Program-made: the position numbers and the translations under genes
The notes under the pieces: generated by a model
Database searches by the model: none
The model's input: only the letters and a program-made list of their open reading frames with translations
What the model was told of the DNA's origin: nothing
Shown: piece after piece, positions 49,613 through 64,000 of the stretch
Layout: each line of letters begins with the position of its first letter
Position numbering within the stretch: position 1 is the stretch's first letter
Source: the human T2T-CHM13v2.0 reference genome, Homo sapiens
Strand: one strand, 5' to 3'
Assembly (NCBI RefSeq): GCF_009914755.1
Contig: NC_060927.1
DNA length: 64,000 bases

Positions 49613-51807
49613 CATACTGCTCTTTAGATCTCTTAGTTCATTTTTCTTTCTTCTACGATATCAGAAGTTACATTCAGCCCTTAAATGGAATTTAAAGACT
49701 GAGTTAGCTATAGCTCAACTTTGCTTTCATATGTAGAGTGGATAAAATACGCACATTATTTGTTAACTCTTTGGTTTTAAAAACAATGTTTACATGTCAT
49801 AGTTAAAACTGGTGGAAAAATCTTTAAATTGTATCTTTTTTGGTTTAATATAGGAATTGTGCATAGGAATTGCTGAAAAAGTAGTCAGAACTTGTTGGTT
49901 ATTTTAGTGTAATAAGAGTACAAATAGGAAGCAATATGAAAAGTCACTAATAGAAAGCTGAAAAAAACGATCCTCTCATACCCGCGTCCATCCGTTCATT
50001 GGACAGTTCTTTTCAGACTTTGTAAGTATCAGTAAACCATTACTCACTTTTCCTTATGTAGCTGCAGAAGTAACCTGAAGAATTAAAATTATTCTTTTAC
50101 TCTCAGTGTATAGAAATCAAATATCAAACACATTGGATTCATCCATGAATTGGGAAGAATATGTGTAAGATTAAAACAGTAAGAAAGATCTGTCCGATGG
50201 CAGATGTTCAAATCATTTTCTGATTAGTGGATTTAATTTAAATTCATTGAATTTTAGAGTTTCATTTGCTAAAAGGAATTTCAACAACTTTCTGATTTTG
50301 TATGGAATAGTGAAAATTCCAACTCTTTTTTTTTTTTTTTTTTTGGTGTGCTACCCTCAGGAAAAGGCAAATTATAATGTAATCTCTTTTTATTAGGATT
50401 TTTAAGAGGCAACTGCCAGGTTCAGTATAAATATATCTGAATCTATTGTATCTTCCATAGTTATGGTACTGTCCTGGGATAATTGCAGTTCATAGTCTTA
50501 ACTCTAGACATATCCTGGAGGACCTATGTCTGTAAATTATCTTTGAATTGTTCTATGTTATTTTAGTGTTATGTGAATTACATTGCTTCCAGCTCTTTGA
50601 AAATCGTTAATTCAACTGCAGGTAAGGCGTCAGTTACTGAGACTGTTCAGATAACTGAAACATCCTGTTCATACCCATTCCTGACCATTGGGACCACTGT
50701 ACTATTTTCAAGGATAAGATACCACTGTACTATTTTCAGGATAAGAACCATGTTATAAATAGAATTATAGTGTCCTAGTGAGTGTGACAAATATAGGAAA
50801 CATGATTTAACCCATGACATATGGTTTGATTTGTAGGACATCCCCAAGTGCTTAATACAAATGAGAAATGTACTATAATCTTAAGGCATAAAGATGTTTA
50901 AATGATGGACAAAAATTGAGGGCCACATCTGAGCATCAGTTTGAAATCAGAATATCTCCTCTGTCAAGGAGTGACTTTACTTTCTAGCTGGGTCCTTGAT
51001 AAGCTTTTGAATCTCTCTGAGTCTGGGTTTCCTCATTTTAATATAAGGAGGAAAGATCTAACTCGTACCTTTTCAAATGGTGTCACAAGGGATTAATGAG
51101 TCAGTGTATTGAGAAGTGTTTGGCAAAGCCTTATACAAACTCCATAGTTCATTATATTCCAGAGTTTAAAACTGAGCTGGTGCTATGGTATTTCTCTGCA
51201 CATTTTCAGAGACCTCCAAATTGTGCTTGGACAGTTTGAAAAATGATTTATTTTTCTCTTTGTGATCAGTAAACAAGGTCCAAGCTTTAGATGTTGTATT
51301 TTATTTTACCCCACTCCTAATGGAATAGGTGATTTGTGACCTCTGCAAAGTTGTACTATACATAAGTTGTCCCATATCTGTGTTTTTGGGAAGCTGGTCT
51401 GTAGCTGGGCTAGTGTTGCTGAAGTGGGCAGGCCAGGCTTGATTCAGGGCTGTTTTTGAGGTGGCGGGAAAAAGTGCAGTCTCTTAGAGGAACGTTCAGT
51501 ACTGAATGATAAAGGAATAAGGTTTTAGGCCTTGTATGTTACCTTAGCCTATTACTTGAGCTTTCAGCAATTACAGCTGAGAATGGAAAAGAATCGTATT
51601 TTCAGTGTAGGGGAGTCTTTGCAACCTACCTGCCTTTCCACTTTAGAAATCACAATTGCCTTTTCTTCTTGTTAACGAGGTTAATCCATTAAGTGGGATA
51701 TTTATATGGTAAGACATTATTTTCAAGTAAATTAATTCTCACTCTTAAGGCTGTTGAGAATTCACTTAGGTGGTTGAGGAGAAGCTTTGTACTTTAGTTT
51801 ACTGAGT

Positions 51808-51808
51808 G

Positions 51809-51847
<39 letters not shown>
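51808..51847. repeat. (TC)n(TA)n compound microsatellite
   Basis: Directly visible. Confidence 0.95.
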
Positions 51848-51848
<1 letters not shown>

Positions 51849-52366
51849 CACTTTGCCTTAAAATATATATTATGGTTATGGCATTATGTGTTGTAAAGAG
51901 GGAGAGAATGCTTGAATTATTGTGGCTAGATAGGGGCAGGTAGACAAGCACAGGCCCAACTGGAAGGATGACTTGATGGTAGTTGAGCACTTTGCAAGGT
52001 ACCTCCAGTGAGATGCCAGACCCTAGTAACAAGCTCACCTGGAGGGGAGTTTGTTTGTGGTGCAGGTTTAATGTCAAGGACCAGTTCTTGGAAACAGAAG
52101 GTATGTGGGGTGCCAGTTGAAGATCAGGGGACAGAAATGTTTTTAAAACCACCAAGTATAAATCACATAAGATCGATAGACAGTCGTGATCAGCCATCTA
52201 CATACAGATGAGGATGTTTGTCAGTTTGAAAATGGATCGATTGTTGAATTTTTCTTTGTTTCTCCCCAGTTAAGATATGCAAGTTTAGCATTCTGTAAGT
52301 GTTGGATCAGAATTTCTGATGCCCTTGGCACTCACTACTCAGTGTCAGTTTAGACATTGGCTCCTA

Positions 52367-52663
52367 ATTTTTTTTCTTTTTCTTTTTTAAGATACAGTGT
52401 TTCACTGCTGCTGGAGTGCAGTGGCTCTATCATAGCTTACTATGGCTTCGAACTCCTGGGCTCAAGTGATCCTTGAGTAGGGCTATAGCTAGGACTATAG
52501 GTTCACGCCACCATGCCTGGCTAATGTTTTTTTTTTTATTTTTATAGAGACAGGGTTTCACTTTGTGGCTCAGGCTGGTCTCTAACTTCTGGCTTGAAGC
52601 AATCCCCCCGCTTCAGCCTCCCAAAATGTTGGGATTATAGGTTATGAGCCACCTTGCCCGGCC
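52367..52663 (-). mobile_element. AluJ
   Basis: Diverged antisense dimer. Confidence 0.9.
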
Positions 52664-54529
52664 CTGTTTTGTTTTTATAATATCATTAAAATACCTCATC
52701 AGTTTCAAATAACCATTTTGCAGGGTGGTAGGGGATTTTTCTGAGATGGTGTTGAGTCACAGTGTTATTTGAGGTTCTAGTAAGTATCAAAGTGTGTCTT
52801 GTGTTAAATGATTCTATTTGAGCTTAAAATGTAATTTCATTTCAGTTACTTGTTTATTGACTCAGAATGCATTTGTTGAGATCTAGACCAGGTTCTTTGT
52901 TAATGGAATGTTCTACTCTGTTCTGATGTTTTTGGAATCTTGTATAGAGAACAGTGTCTACCACCAAACTCCTAAGGCTGGATGGTGGTAAGTTCAACTC
53001 TTTGCTACCTTCTGAAATTTGAGAAATAGTAAAATTGGAGCACCTTCAGGCTGTGTTAGACTTTAAGGCTTCTAAATTATATTAGAATGTAAGGATACAT
53101 CTTTGTTTTGACCCTGGAAAGAGTAGTAAAGATTTTCATAAAGGCCAACTAGTCATAAAAACTTACTTAAATTGACATGATCCTAACTCACAATTATGAA
53201 AAGCTTTCTGTTGAAATAATTGTGTAGAAAGTGATCTTTATACATGAACAAAGGTGGGATGTTTTAGAAATAATTGAAGATTCTAAGATCCCAGGAAATA
53301 TAATGGTTTAATTTATTTTTAAGGGATTTAAGATTCCCCATAGCCTATGAAAGAGGGGTCTCTATTAAAAATAACGCCATTGTTCTAGATGTAGCTAATT
53401 AGGGATTTGCAATTATCTAGGCAAGGCTAGGATAAAGTTTGGCTGCCTATTCTATATGAAAAGGTTTTACTGTAAATATCAAGTTTAAATAGATCTTAAG
53501 AGGAATATTTACCTAATTAAAAGAACAAACCACTTTTAAGCACCTTGGGAAAATCAATTTACTTAAAAGCAGTGTAAAAATGCAGAATGCATTCACTGAT
53601 GCTGGTCTGCTGGTGGTCTTTTCATAGAGATACAGGAGCCCCTGGAAAGTCAGTGCTCTCTGTGGATTGCCATGAAATAAATATTGATTGACTCAATGCT
53701 ATTATGTGAACTACAAACAGTTTACCAGCAATGGGTAGAACTATATTATTTGCTTGCAAAATACATCACAACAATAAACACAATATCTGCCTCCCCCACC
53801 CCACTCCACTCTACCAATAGACTCCAACTATGCCTATTTATTGGTTTTGGAGTTTTTCTATTGACATTTGTTTTGCTACTTGTTAACTTCTTTTGTCATG
53901 TGTAAGCATTTGATGGCAGATTGGGGACAGCAGGTGTTAAAGGTTTAAGAGCATCATTATTGCTTTTAGCTTCATTTCTTCTGCCTTTGTGTTTGGGCAA
54001 GATTGTGGAGAGTCCTGAGTTTAGTATTTAGATAAGGTAATTACATGTCCTTCTCCTCTACTTTTACTAAAGCAAGATCCTCCTGGGCAGCTTAGTTCCA
54101 GGTACTGTATGAACTTGCCAGTAATAAGAGTAAGTTTCTTTTAAAAGATTTCTGGATATTTTACGTTTTATACTCAGTCACTCAGATGCGAGGTTTTCTA
54201 GTATGTGTCTACTTAGGGGTCAGATTTGACCAGTTTTTAACAGTACAAGTTGTACATATAGGATACTTAATGTATTTCTAGGATATTATGCTTCATTTTC
54301 TCTTAGTATTTTAAAGGTTTTAAAAAACCCATTCTATACCTTCTATATCTTTTATTGTTTAAGTCATTCAATGGGAAAGAAAATAATAAAAGTCTTTAGA
54401 TGCTGTTTCTGATTTTTCGATCATGGTTTTTTTAATCTCAAGAAAAATAATTCTGATTAAGAAATAGAGGTAAACATTATTCTGAAGTAGTGAATTAGAG
54501 AATACTTAAATATATTGAGCTGGAATCCT

Positions 54530-55178
54530 TGTGTATTGCATGTTGGGAATGTTAAATGATAAAGCTACTGTGGAAAACAGTTCTGTAGTTCATAAATATT
54601 TACACATAGAATTACTATATGATTCAGCAATTCCATTCCTATTCCTATACGCAAAAGAAAGCAGGGACTCAGGTACTTAAAAGCCAGTGTTTATAGCAGC
54701 ATTATTGACAATACCTAAAAGGTAGAAACAACCCATGCCCATCAACAGATGAATGGATAAACAAAATATGGTATTATATATTGGAATATTTTGGTACAGT
54801 GGAATATTATTCAGCCATAAAAAAGAAGGCAGTTCTAATACATGCCATAACATGAATGAATCTTGAAAACATTATGCTAAGTGAAATAAGCCGGACACAA
54901 GAAGATAAATATTGTATATATCCACTTGCATGAGATGACTAGGATAGGTAAATTCATAGAGACAAAAAGTAGAATAGAGATTACCAGGGCTTGGGGGAAG
55001 GGAAGATGGAGAGATAGTGTTTCATGGGTTTAGAATTTCTGTTTGGGATGATAAAAAATTTCTGGAAATGAACAGTGGCGATGGTTGTACAACATTATGA
55101 ATGTATGTAATGCCACTAAGTTGAATGCAGAAAATGGTAAATTTTTTGTTATGTATATTTTATGACAATTAAAAAATG
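54530..55178 (+). mobile_element. L1MB 3' end
   Basis: AACAGATGAATGGATAAAC...ATGCTAAGTGAAATAAGCC...TCATAGAGACAAAAAGTAGAATAGAG. Confidence 0.85.
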
Positions 55179-55491
55179 CAAAAGTAAATATTGAAGATGT
55201 ATCCTACACAGTCTCCATATGCCTCTTTACTCCCCCTTGGTCTGCTTCAGGCAGGTATATAGTTATTTTTTCTTCATCTGGCTGTTGCAGTGTAAATGGA
55301 GATTTCCCTAGGCCATTTTTTGGAGATCAGAGAGTTTCCTTATTTTATTAACTGACTTAAATTTAAGAGGAAAATGTTTAAAAGTAGATCTCTGGAGGGG
55401 AAAAAAGGGCATTTTAATATTGAGATGAATCAGGGAGTTTGTTAATATTGGCAGACCATGTAAGCACATGAAGATAATCTATCCTGAATAG

Positions 55492-55866
<375 letters not shown>

Positions 55867-56397
55867 TAACCTTTAAACATTTTATTCATTCTTGACATCA
55901 TTAGTACTGTGGAAAAACTTTGATTTCTGTTTAAGAGAAATGGTGTAAGTCATCTCTGTACTCATGTTGGAAATGCATTAGGTGTTAGAATTCTTTAGTT
56001 CCTTAGACTGTAAAACCAAGTTACAAAAGGGATAGAGTGAAAGAAAACACATAAATTCTGTTTTATTCATCTGAACTTGTCTCTGGCATCTAATGATTGC
56101 ATAGTAGGTTCTGCTCCCTCTGTTTTTTTTTTGTGAGGTATTTGATGTTGAGTATAGTTGGATCATTTACCAAAAGATGGGCAAGATTTTCATTAAGTGA
56201 TGGGATACCAAAGCCTAAACGTCGGATGAAAAGTATGTATACTCAAAATGTCAGATAAAAATTCTAATGGAAAGATTTAAATTCAAATGCAGGTAAGTTC
56301 TTAAGGAAAATTACATACCATTTGCTACCACAAAATGTTTACCATTCATTCCAGAACTCCTGGAAAACAGTGTCAGATTGCAAGGGTGTGATAGTAA

Positions 56398-56835
<438 letters not shown>

Positions 56836-57020
56836 TAAATGGCTTGATACAAATTCCACTCAATGAGCTTTTCATACCATAGCTGTCATTTTTGTGGCCT
56901 ACTAATTTCTCTGGCGGTAGGATCATTACGGATATCAAAAGGTATTGAGAGTCATGGTCTCCTTATATCCAGGAGTGATACGAAGAATTATTACATTGCA
57001 TTTAGAATGCTCTTAAATGA

Positions 57021-57341
<321 letters not shown>

Positions 57342-57551
57342 TAAATATCTTCTAGCACTTTATCTGTACTTTTCAGAAGACTTGACTTTTTCATTGTTGT
57401 CTAATAGTCTCCTTGTCTCCCTTATTTGTGAGTAGGGATGATTTCTGATTTAACTTGGGGTCTTTTAATCGTGGGTACACAGTAAATATTCATTTGATGG
57501 CTGGGTAGCTGGATCCCTAGTTTGAATGTGCCATTTAAACTTAGCACCTTT

Positions 57552-57700
57552 CAATAAGAATGATACAGTGGACTTTGGGGACTCAAGGGGAAAGGTTGGG
57601 AAGAGGGTGAGGGATAAAAGACTACAAATTGGGTTCAGTGTGTACTGCCCAGGTGATGGGTGCATCAAAATCTCATAAATCACCGCTAAAGAACCTACTG
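57552..57700 (+). mobile_element. L1PB 3' UTR fragment
   Basis: Same motif as 8048-8190. Confidence 0.85.
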
Positions 57701-58117
57701 TCTTTGGAACATGGCCTATATTTGAGGCATTTTTGTGTTTCCATGGTGTTCTTCAGTTTTTTCCTCAAAGTAGGGAACTAATAAATATTTAATTGAACAA
57801 ATGAAGATGAAAGGCATGAGTCACCTGTAGTGCAAACCTAGCTTTTTATTCATTGCTATTTTAAAGAAATGAATGTTCTTCAGAGAATACATGACTTTTT
57901 TCATGTTTCTATTAGATTGTGAATTGATTTGGAAAATTCGAACAAAAAGCAGTATTTATGTTCCATGAAAATATGGGCCCTCAATTATGTACATTTTGTT
58001 TGTTTATTGGAGTCAGTTCAAATTATAAGTTAAGGGAATTATTTTTTAAAATAATGTAACTTTTCAGAGATTTGTGGTAGTTTTAAATGATCCTTTTTAA
58101 AAATAATCTTTGTCTGT

Positions 58118-58413
<296 letters not shown>

Positions 58414-59527
58414 TAAATGATCCTTTTATAAGTGAAATTCTAGAAAGGACATTTTAAGGGACAGAAACCCTCTCCTCCCCCAAATGTGCCTTGCTGAGCT
58501 GTTGGAGGCCCAGCTGAAAGAGTTGATTCTGTCCAAGTGTTGGTTAGTGCTAAACTAAGCCATGGAGAAAGGGTCAAAGAGCATGCCTTGGAAAGAACTT
58601 GAGGAGAATGACCTCAGCTATTTGCAGGGGGAGTTAAAGACTGTTAAGAGAAGAATCTCCTGGGACATTATAGGGCTGTGTGTTTGGAGAGGGGCGGTGC
58701 CTGTGAGGCTCTTGTTCTTTAGATCTGGGGTGGGATCTGGAAATCCTTATCAAGTGTTTCAGGTGAATTATATGATCAGACAAGTTTGGGGAACTCGGAG
58801 TTGGGGAGTTGGCCCTCTTGGTAATCTGTCCCTATAAGGTTTTCAATCTAATGGCTGGAAAGAGGTGAGAATAGTGCTTAGATTAAAGGACTCCAGTTAG
58901 GAGATAGGGCAAAATTGAAGGTTTTAATCATCATATTCCTTGGAGTAAAATGATAGCCAGCTATTGGCAGTTTTATTTAGAAATGAGGACACTTTTGTGC
59001 ACTGTACTTCCAAACCCTCTGACCACAAGGCAGATGTAAAATACAGTAATAGTGGCCAACAATTTTCCAGCACTCACTACTTGCCAGGCATTTTCATGTA
59101 AATATGTATTCCATCCATATGTATATTCTGTGTGTGTCTGTGTGTATACATCCATTTATCTATATACAAACACACTTTCCTTAAAAAGTAATTCTGGAAG
59201 ATATTCTGTTTTTCTGTAGGTGTTTCTAGTGTCCACCGCAGAAGCTGGTACATATTGAGTGCCCCCATAAGTGTTTATTGAGTGAATCAAAGATGAGAAG
59301 GCATACTCAAAAACATTAAAAAACTTTCCTAAGTCACTTAGAGTGATTTTAAAACTTTTTTTTAACTGTATCACACTGCTTCTCGATAGTTCAAGTTAAT
59401 TATCTTATTTGTATCTCTAGACTTGGTACAGTGTCTGTGTTCCCAGGTGGCTGAATACTAAGGCTAAATATTAGCTGAATGCCTTCCATGTGCTCAACCT
59501 GTCTATTGTCTAGAAAACTAAAATCTA

Positions 59528-59833
59528 GGCTGGGCACAGTGGCTCACGCCTGTAATCCCAGCACTTTGGGAGGCCAAGGCAGGCAGATCACCTGAGGTCA
59601 GGAGTTTGAGACACACCTGACCAACATGGTGAAACCCCATCTCTACTAAAAATACAAAAATTAGCCAGGCGTGGTGGCGGGCACCTGTAATCCCAGCTAC
59701 TCAGGAGGCTGAGGCAGGAGAATCATTTGAACCTGGGAGGCGGAGGTTGTAGTGAGCCGAGACTGCGCCATTGCCCTGCACTCCAGCCTAGGTGACAGGG
59801 CGAAACTCCGTCTCAAAAAAAAAAAAAAAAAAA
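59528..59833 (+). mobile_element. AluS
   Basis: Full dimer; TSD AAAATCT. Confidence 0.95.
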
Positions 59834-61816
59834 TCTTCTTTTGAAACAATATTCTGGACATTTTCCAAGAGGGAGATTTTCCTAGATTGTTCTCTGTAGT
59901 AGCAACTTAAGCTTAGAATGAAAGAAACCAGAGGATAAAAGTGTACTTCATAGAAAGTAATGTATAAGAAGCACAATGGAGTGAATGGGAAAAATCTGAG
60001 GCAGTTGGTTAAGAAATGGTAGTGAAGCTTTACCTTATTCGGACACTTTAAACACTCTATGAAAGGGAGTCCTTTTACTCACTGGTAAAACAGTTCTGTT
60101 CATCCGCAGTGCCTTTCATTTCAGTTAATAAGAGTAAGATGCTGTACCTATAATTTGCACCTGGAAAAGCAAATCCTCCTATTCCTAATACTAACTGTTT
60201 TTCTCCTTTTAAGGTTAATACTTTTAGGTGGTGTAGGTTGTACCCAAGGCAGCCACAGGGATGGGATGAGCAAAGGACTAGAGGGTGTCTATCTCTGAGA
60301 ACTCAGAAAGCAGCTCCTGCAGTTAATTAAAGGTGACCTCAGGATTCAGAGGAACCTTGTGCTTTCCCAGACGGCCCAGGCTAAACCTGGGTAGCTGGCA
60401 ACCCTAAATGCGTCCTTTGTTAGAAATCATGTAGGGCTCGACTCCATCTTTAGAAAGTGAGTTCACTGAAGGTGAGTTAAGGACAAGGCTCTGAAGAGCG
60501 GCCTGACTTGCTTTCTTTCCTTGTGTTTGTGGAGGGGTGTAGACAAAGACACTAAGTGAAGATGCAGCCCCCAAGGCTGTGTTGCCTAAAAACCGTTTCT
60601 GGCTTCTTCACAGGAATATTCCTCGTGGTCTAGAAGGAGCTATGTGCTTCTCTGGAGATTGTTTCCACAGAATGGTGAGGACTGTTAGAACCACCTTCTC
60701 CTTTCTCTCCTGTCTCAGGAGGGAGGCTGTAAGTGCTAAAAATGCCCCTGAACAGGGGGGTAGGGGGTGCAGCACCTCCAGAGAAGTGGTACTTAATGCT
60801 GGCTGCCCACCTGACCCCTCTCTCTATAGTTGGAGGCTGGGGAAGCCTTTGCCTCCTTCCAGCTTTCAGGACTTGCTGTGGTAGGTCCTCATGATGCAGA
60901 TTACCATAGCACTCAACTACTTCTTAAGAGTACATAGTTTCTTAAATATCAATATTATACCTCAAGAGGTAAAGAGAACAGTTTTAAGCATCTATCAAAG
61001 GAGGAATAGATTGTAATTTTAGGATCTGAGTGTTTTATTTCCTTATATTTCTTTAAAATTGCTTGGACTCTCTTCTCTCTAACCTCACACTTTCACCACC
61101 ATCACCAAAATTTGCTTTGTATTTATACTCATTTTTAAAGAAATTACTATAAAGTCAGTAATTTGGAGTCTCTTCGGAAGTTCATCTTTAAAAAATCCTC
61201 CTTCTTTTAAAGTGAGGTGGGAGGAGAAGAAATGGATAACAATTTTTAAGGTTTATATTTTATTTCCGGCTTTGTTTAGCAATACATATCTTAATGTACT
61301 ATACAATTTCTTCACTAATGAAAAAACATAATTATTTCCAGTTTTATTTGATTTTGGACCTATTTTCTTGCTATGTGATTATTGTCCTGTATCTTTAATT
61401 ACATCTTATTGACACCCGTGGCAATCTCAATAATTAGAAAACATAGCTTTTTAGCTTTTACCATTTGCTTATTATATTCAATTTAAACAGGGAAACAGTG
61501 TCACTTCCTGTTTATGTTTCACTTTGCAGTTCTCTTAAATTAGTTCAGTGTTCTCAGGAGTTCATTCAAACCTATGAGGGCATACTAGTTGACAAAAAAG
61601 AGAACAGAGGATTCAAATAAATGTCTCTAATAGATTATTTTAGCTTCATTTAGTGTGATTTTGGGTCTGAAGTGTTTGCCATTAACGTTCTAGTTGCATG
61701 TTTGTCTTCCTTGCTTTCGTGAGGAGCAGGGGCAGTGGGAGTGAGTAGGGGAGAACAGGCGATGGCTAGGGAAGGATGTAGCACTGATGAAGGTGAGTGA
61801 GTTTGTTCCTAGTATG

Positions 61817-62116
<300 letters not shown>

Positions 62117-64000
62117 CTGTTCCTAGTATGTTTCATGTGGGATGGCAGGTTTTCCAAATCCTAGTTTCCACTGAGTCATCGGTGAGTCCAATAGAGGGAG
62201 GATTCTAGCCTGATGTCAGACGTCCTGCTTGGCAGACTAATGAAGGACTTTTTTTTTTAAAAAAATGTATTTTTAACACAGATTGGTGTATTTGTATATC
62301 TTCAGTAAGTTTCAGTTTTAGCCAAGAAATAATCTTTCATAACATTTTTCATGAGAAAGCATAGAATGATTTTCTAGAAAGTTTAATGGCAAGTTGTGTT
62401 AGATGAAAAGGAAACATTTTTAAGGACACTATGCTTCTTGGGTATTCTTGAGCCCTTGTCTATAGATAATAGCCGGTTACAATGTACAGTTTTCATATTT
62501 GGAGGGGACATGGGAAACTACTCACTTAACTTGGAGTTAATATTTTGGTGCTCTGGAAACATCTGAGTTTGGAACTGTGCTGTGCACATCTCTAACTGGT
62601 TTAATTGCCCAGTCTCTCAGTGTCTTAGCACTCTCAGTGTTTTATGCTCAATCTCTGTGTCTTGTTATGACTATTTGGCTCAACGTAGTGTTTTGAACTA
62701 GTGATTAGGAAGTGGTAGCTGCTGCTGTTTTATTATTTTATTGCTTTACTCTGTGACTACAGACAGATTTAATTGTTGGATGTATTTCTTAATGGGATAA
62801 TTATTTAAAAACATTCCCAGTTACTTTAAAAGCGTATGTGAATATTACCCATCAGTTTTGTCTTGACCTTGCCTTTGGCTCCTTGAGTGTCTCTGTTCAT
62901 GTGACAGCTTTCCAGCTCATCCTTAATGTCATACTCGAGCTGTTTATCTTAGTGAGGTAGTGTGGGCCTAAAATGAAATAATATATATCAAAAGCACCTG
63001 TGGGGGAAAGCACATCTGAATGCCAAGCAGTACTTAGTTACTGCAAGTGCTACTTCTACCAATATTTTTCTTCCTTTCTGCCCCTTTAAAGAGAGGTTGT
63101 CCCTTTTTAATAGATATATGACAGCTCTGCTTCCTTTCTTAAGTCTAAGATCAAAGAAATGTTGTAATAAAGGGGAGTCACTCCCTCCCATTCCTTCTCT
63201 CTTTTTGTGGATGTTGTTCTGTTTTTTAAGAGCGATCAGGTCTTGACATTAGTGGATGCAGCTGTTGGGCTCCCAAGCTCTGCCTTTCATCTCTGGGTCA
63301 CCACTGCAGACAGCATCCTTCATCTCTGTCATGGTGTAAAGACACCACTGTGGGGGAACAGTGCGTTGCAGGTTAAGTACATGAAGTATTTCTAGAGATC
63401 CTAGCCACCTTTGCCGTTCATTGTTGTTTGGATGCACTTTTCTTTGAAATGACATGGAATGTTTGGCAGAGATGTCAATCAATAGAAGAGTTTCTCTGCT
63501 TTAGAGGTACCTAAACCTCACCAACTTCTTGTAAATTGGAAGACTAGCTCCAAAAAAGTAAAAGGGGTTGGGGGGAAGAACAAAACTTTTACTGGCAGGT
63601 TTTTTTCTAGACATAAACACAGTTGAATGGAAAGGATAATAGGGATCGAAGCCTGTCTTGCTCTATGAGAGTGAATGAGCTAGTGTTAGACTTTAATACT
63701 GGAGAAAAATAACATCTACCTTTTTTTTTTTTTTTTTAAATGAGGCAGTCAGTGCAGTCTAACTGATGAAAATTAAAGGTCAGTTTCTTCAGTGCCCCAC
63801 CTCAGTGCATGCCTTGGGCCATGTTAATAATGACAATCCCATTATTTCCTTGCAGTAGGCAGGAAATGCTGTCTACACCCATTAGATTTGTTTGAGTGGC
63901 CCCTGGCTGGAAATGAAGAAAATTTAATTTTCTAATTTGCAGGGAGGAAAAAAAAAAAAGCATACAGTGCTACATAGAGGTTGATTCTTGGGCTGGAAGG

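Noticed and set aside
57552-57700. Similarity to 8048-8190 (and of 54840-55160 to 6810-7120) as local duplications
   Set aside because: Independent copies of the same L1PB and L1MB families explain this, and similarity does not extend into unique flanks.

Overview
This is primate (almost certainly human) nuclear DNA, and I can support no intact protein-coding exon in it. Bases 1-45,500 are intergenic and rich in repeats: a fragmented, near full-length ancient L1 with nested insertions, a solo LTR12C with a 4-bp TSD, MER21, ERVL and MER4-group internal fragments, MST/MLT LTRs, Tigger3, L2, CR1 and about 30 Alus. A CpG island at about 45,540-47,000 carries a + strand non-coding first exon ending at 45,821 (AAG|gtaagg) and a probable alternative first exon ending at 46,674. 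I recall this 5' UTR as FNDC3B (3q26), but that is from memory and needs a BLAT check. The rest of the window is intron 1. Nearly all ORFs in the supplied track are artefacts of Alus, LTRs, microsatellites or high GC. I found no credible new biological system. The most unusual structures are (1) a 26/28-nt motif shared by the two first exons, (2) a scrambled A..B'A'..B duplication at 16-22 kb, and (3) template-switch-like scars at 30.1 and 30.8 kb. Repeat subfamily names and boundaries were assigned by eye and are approximate.
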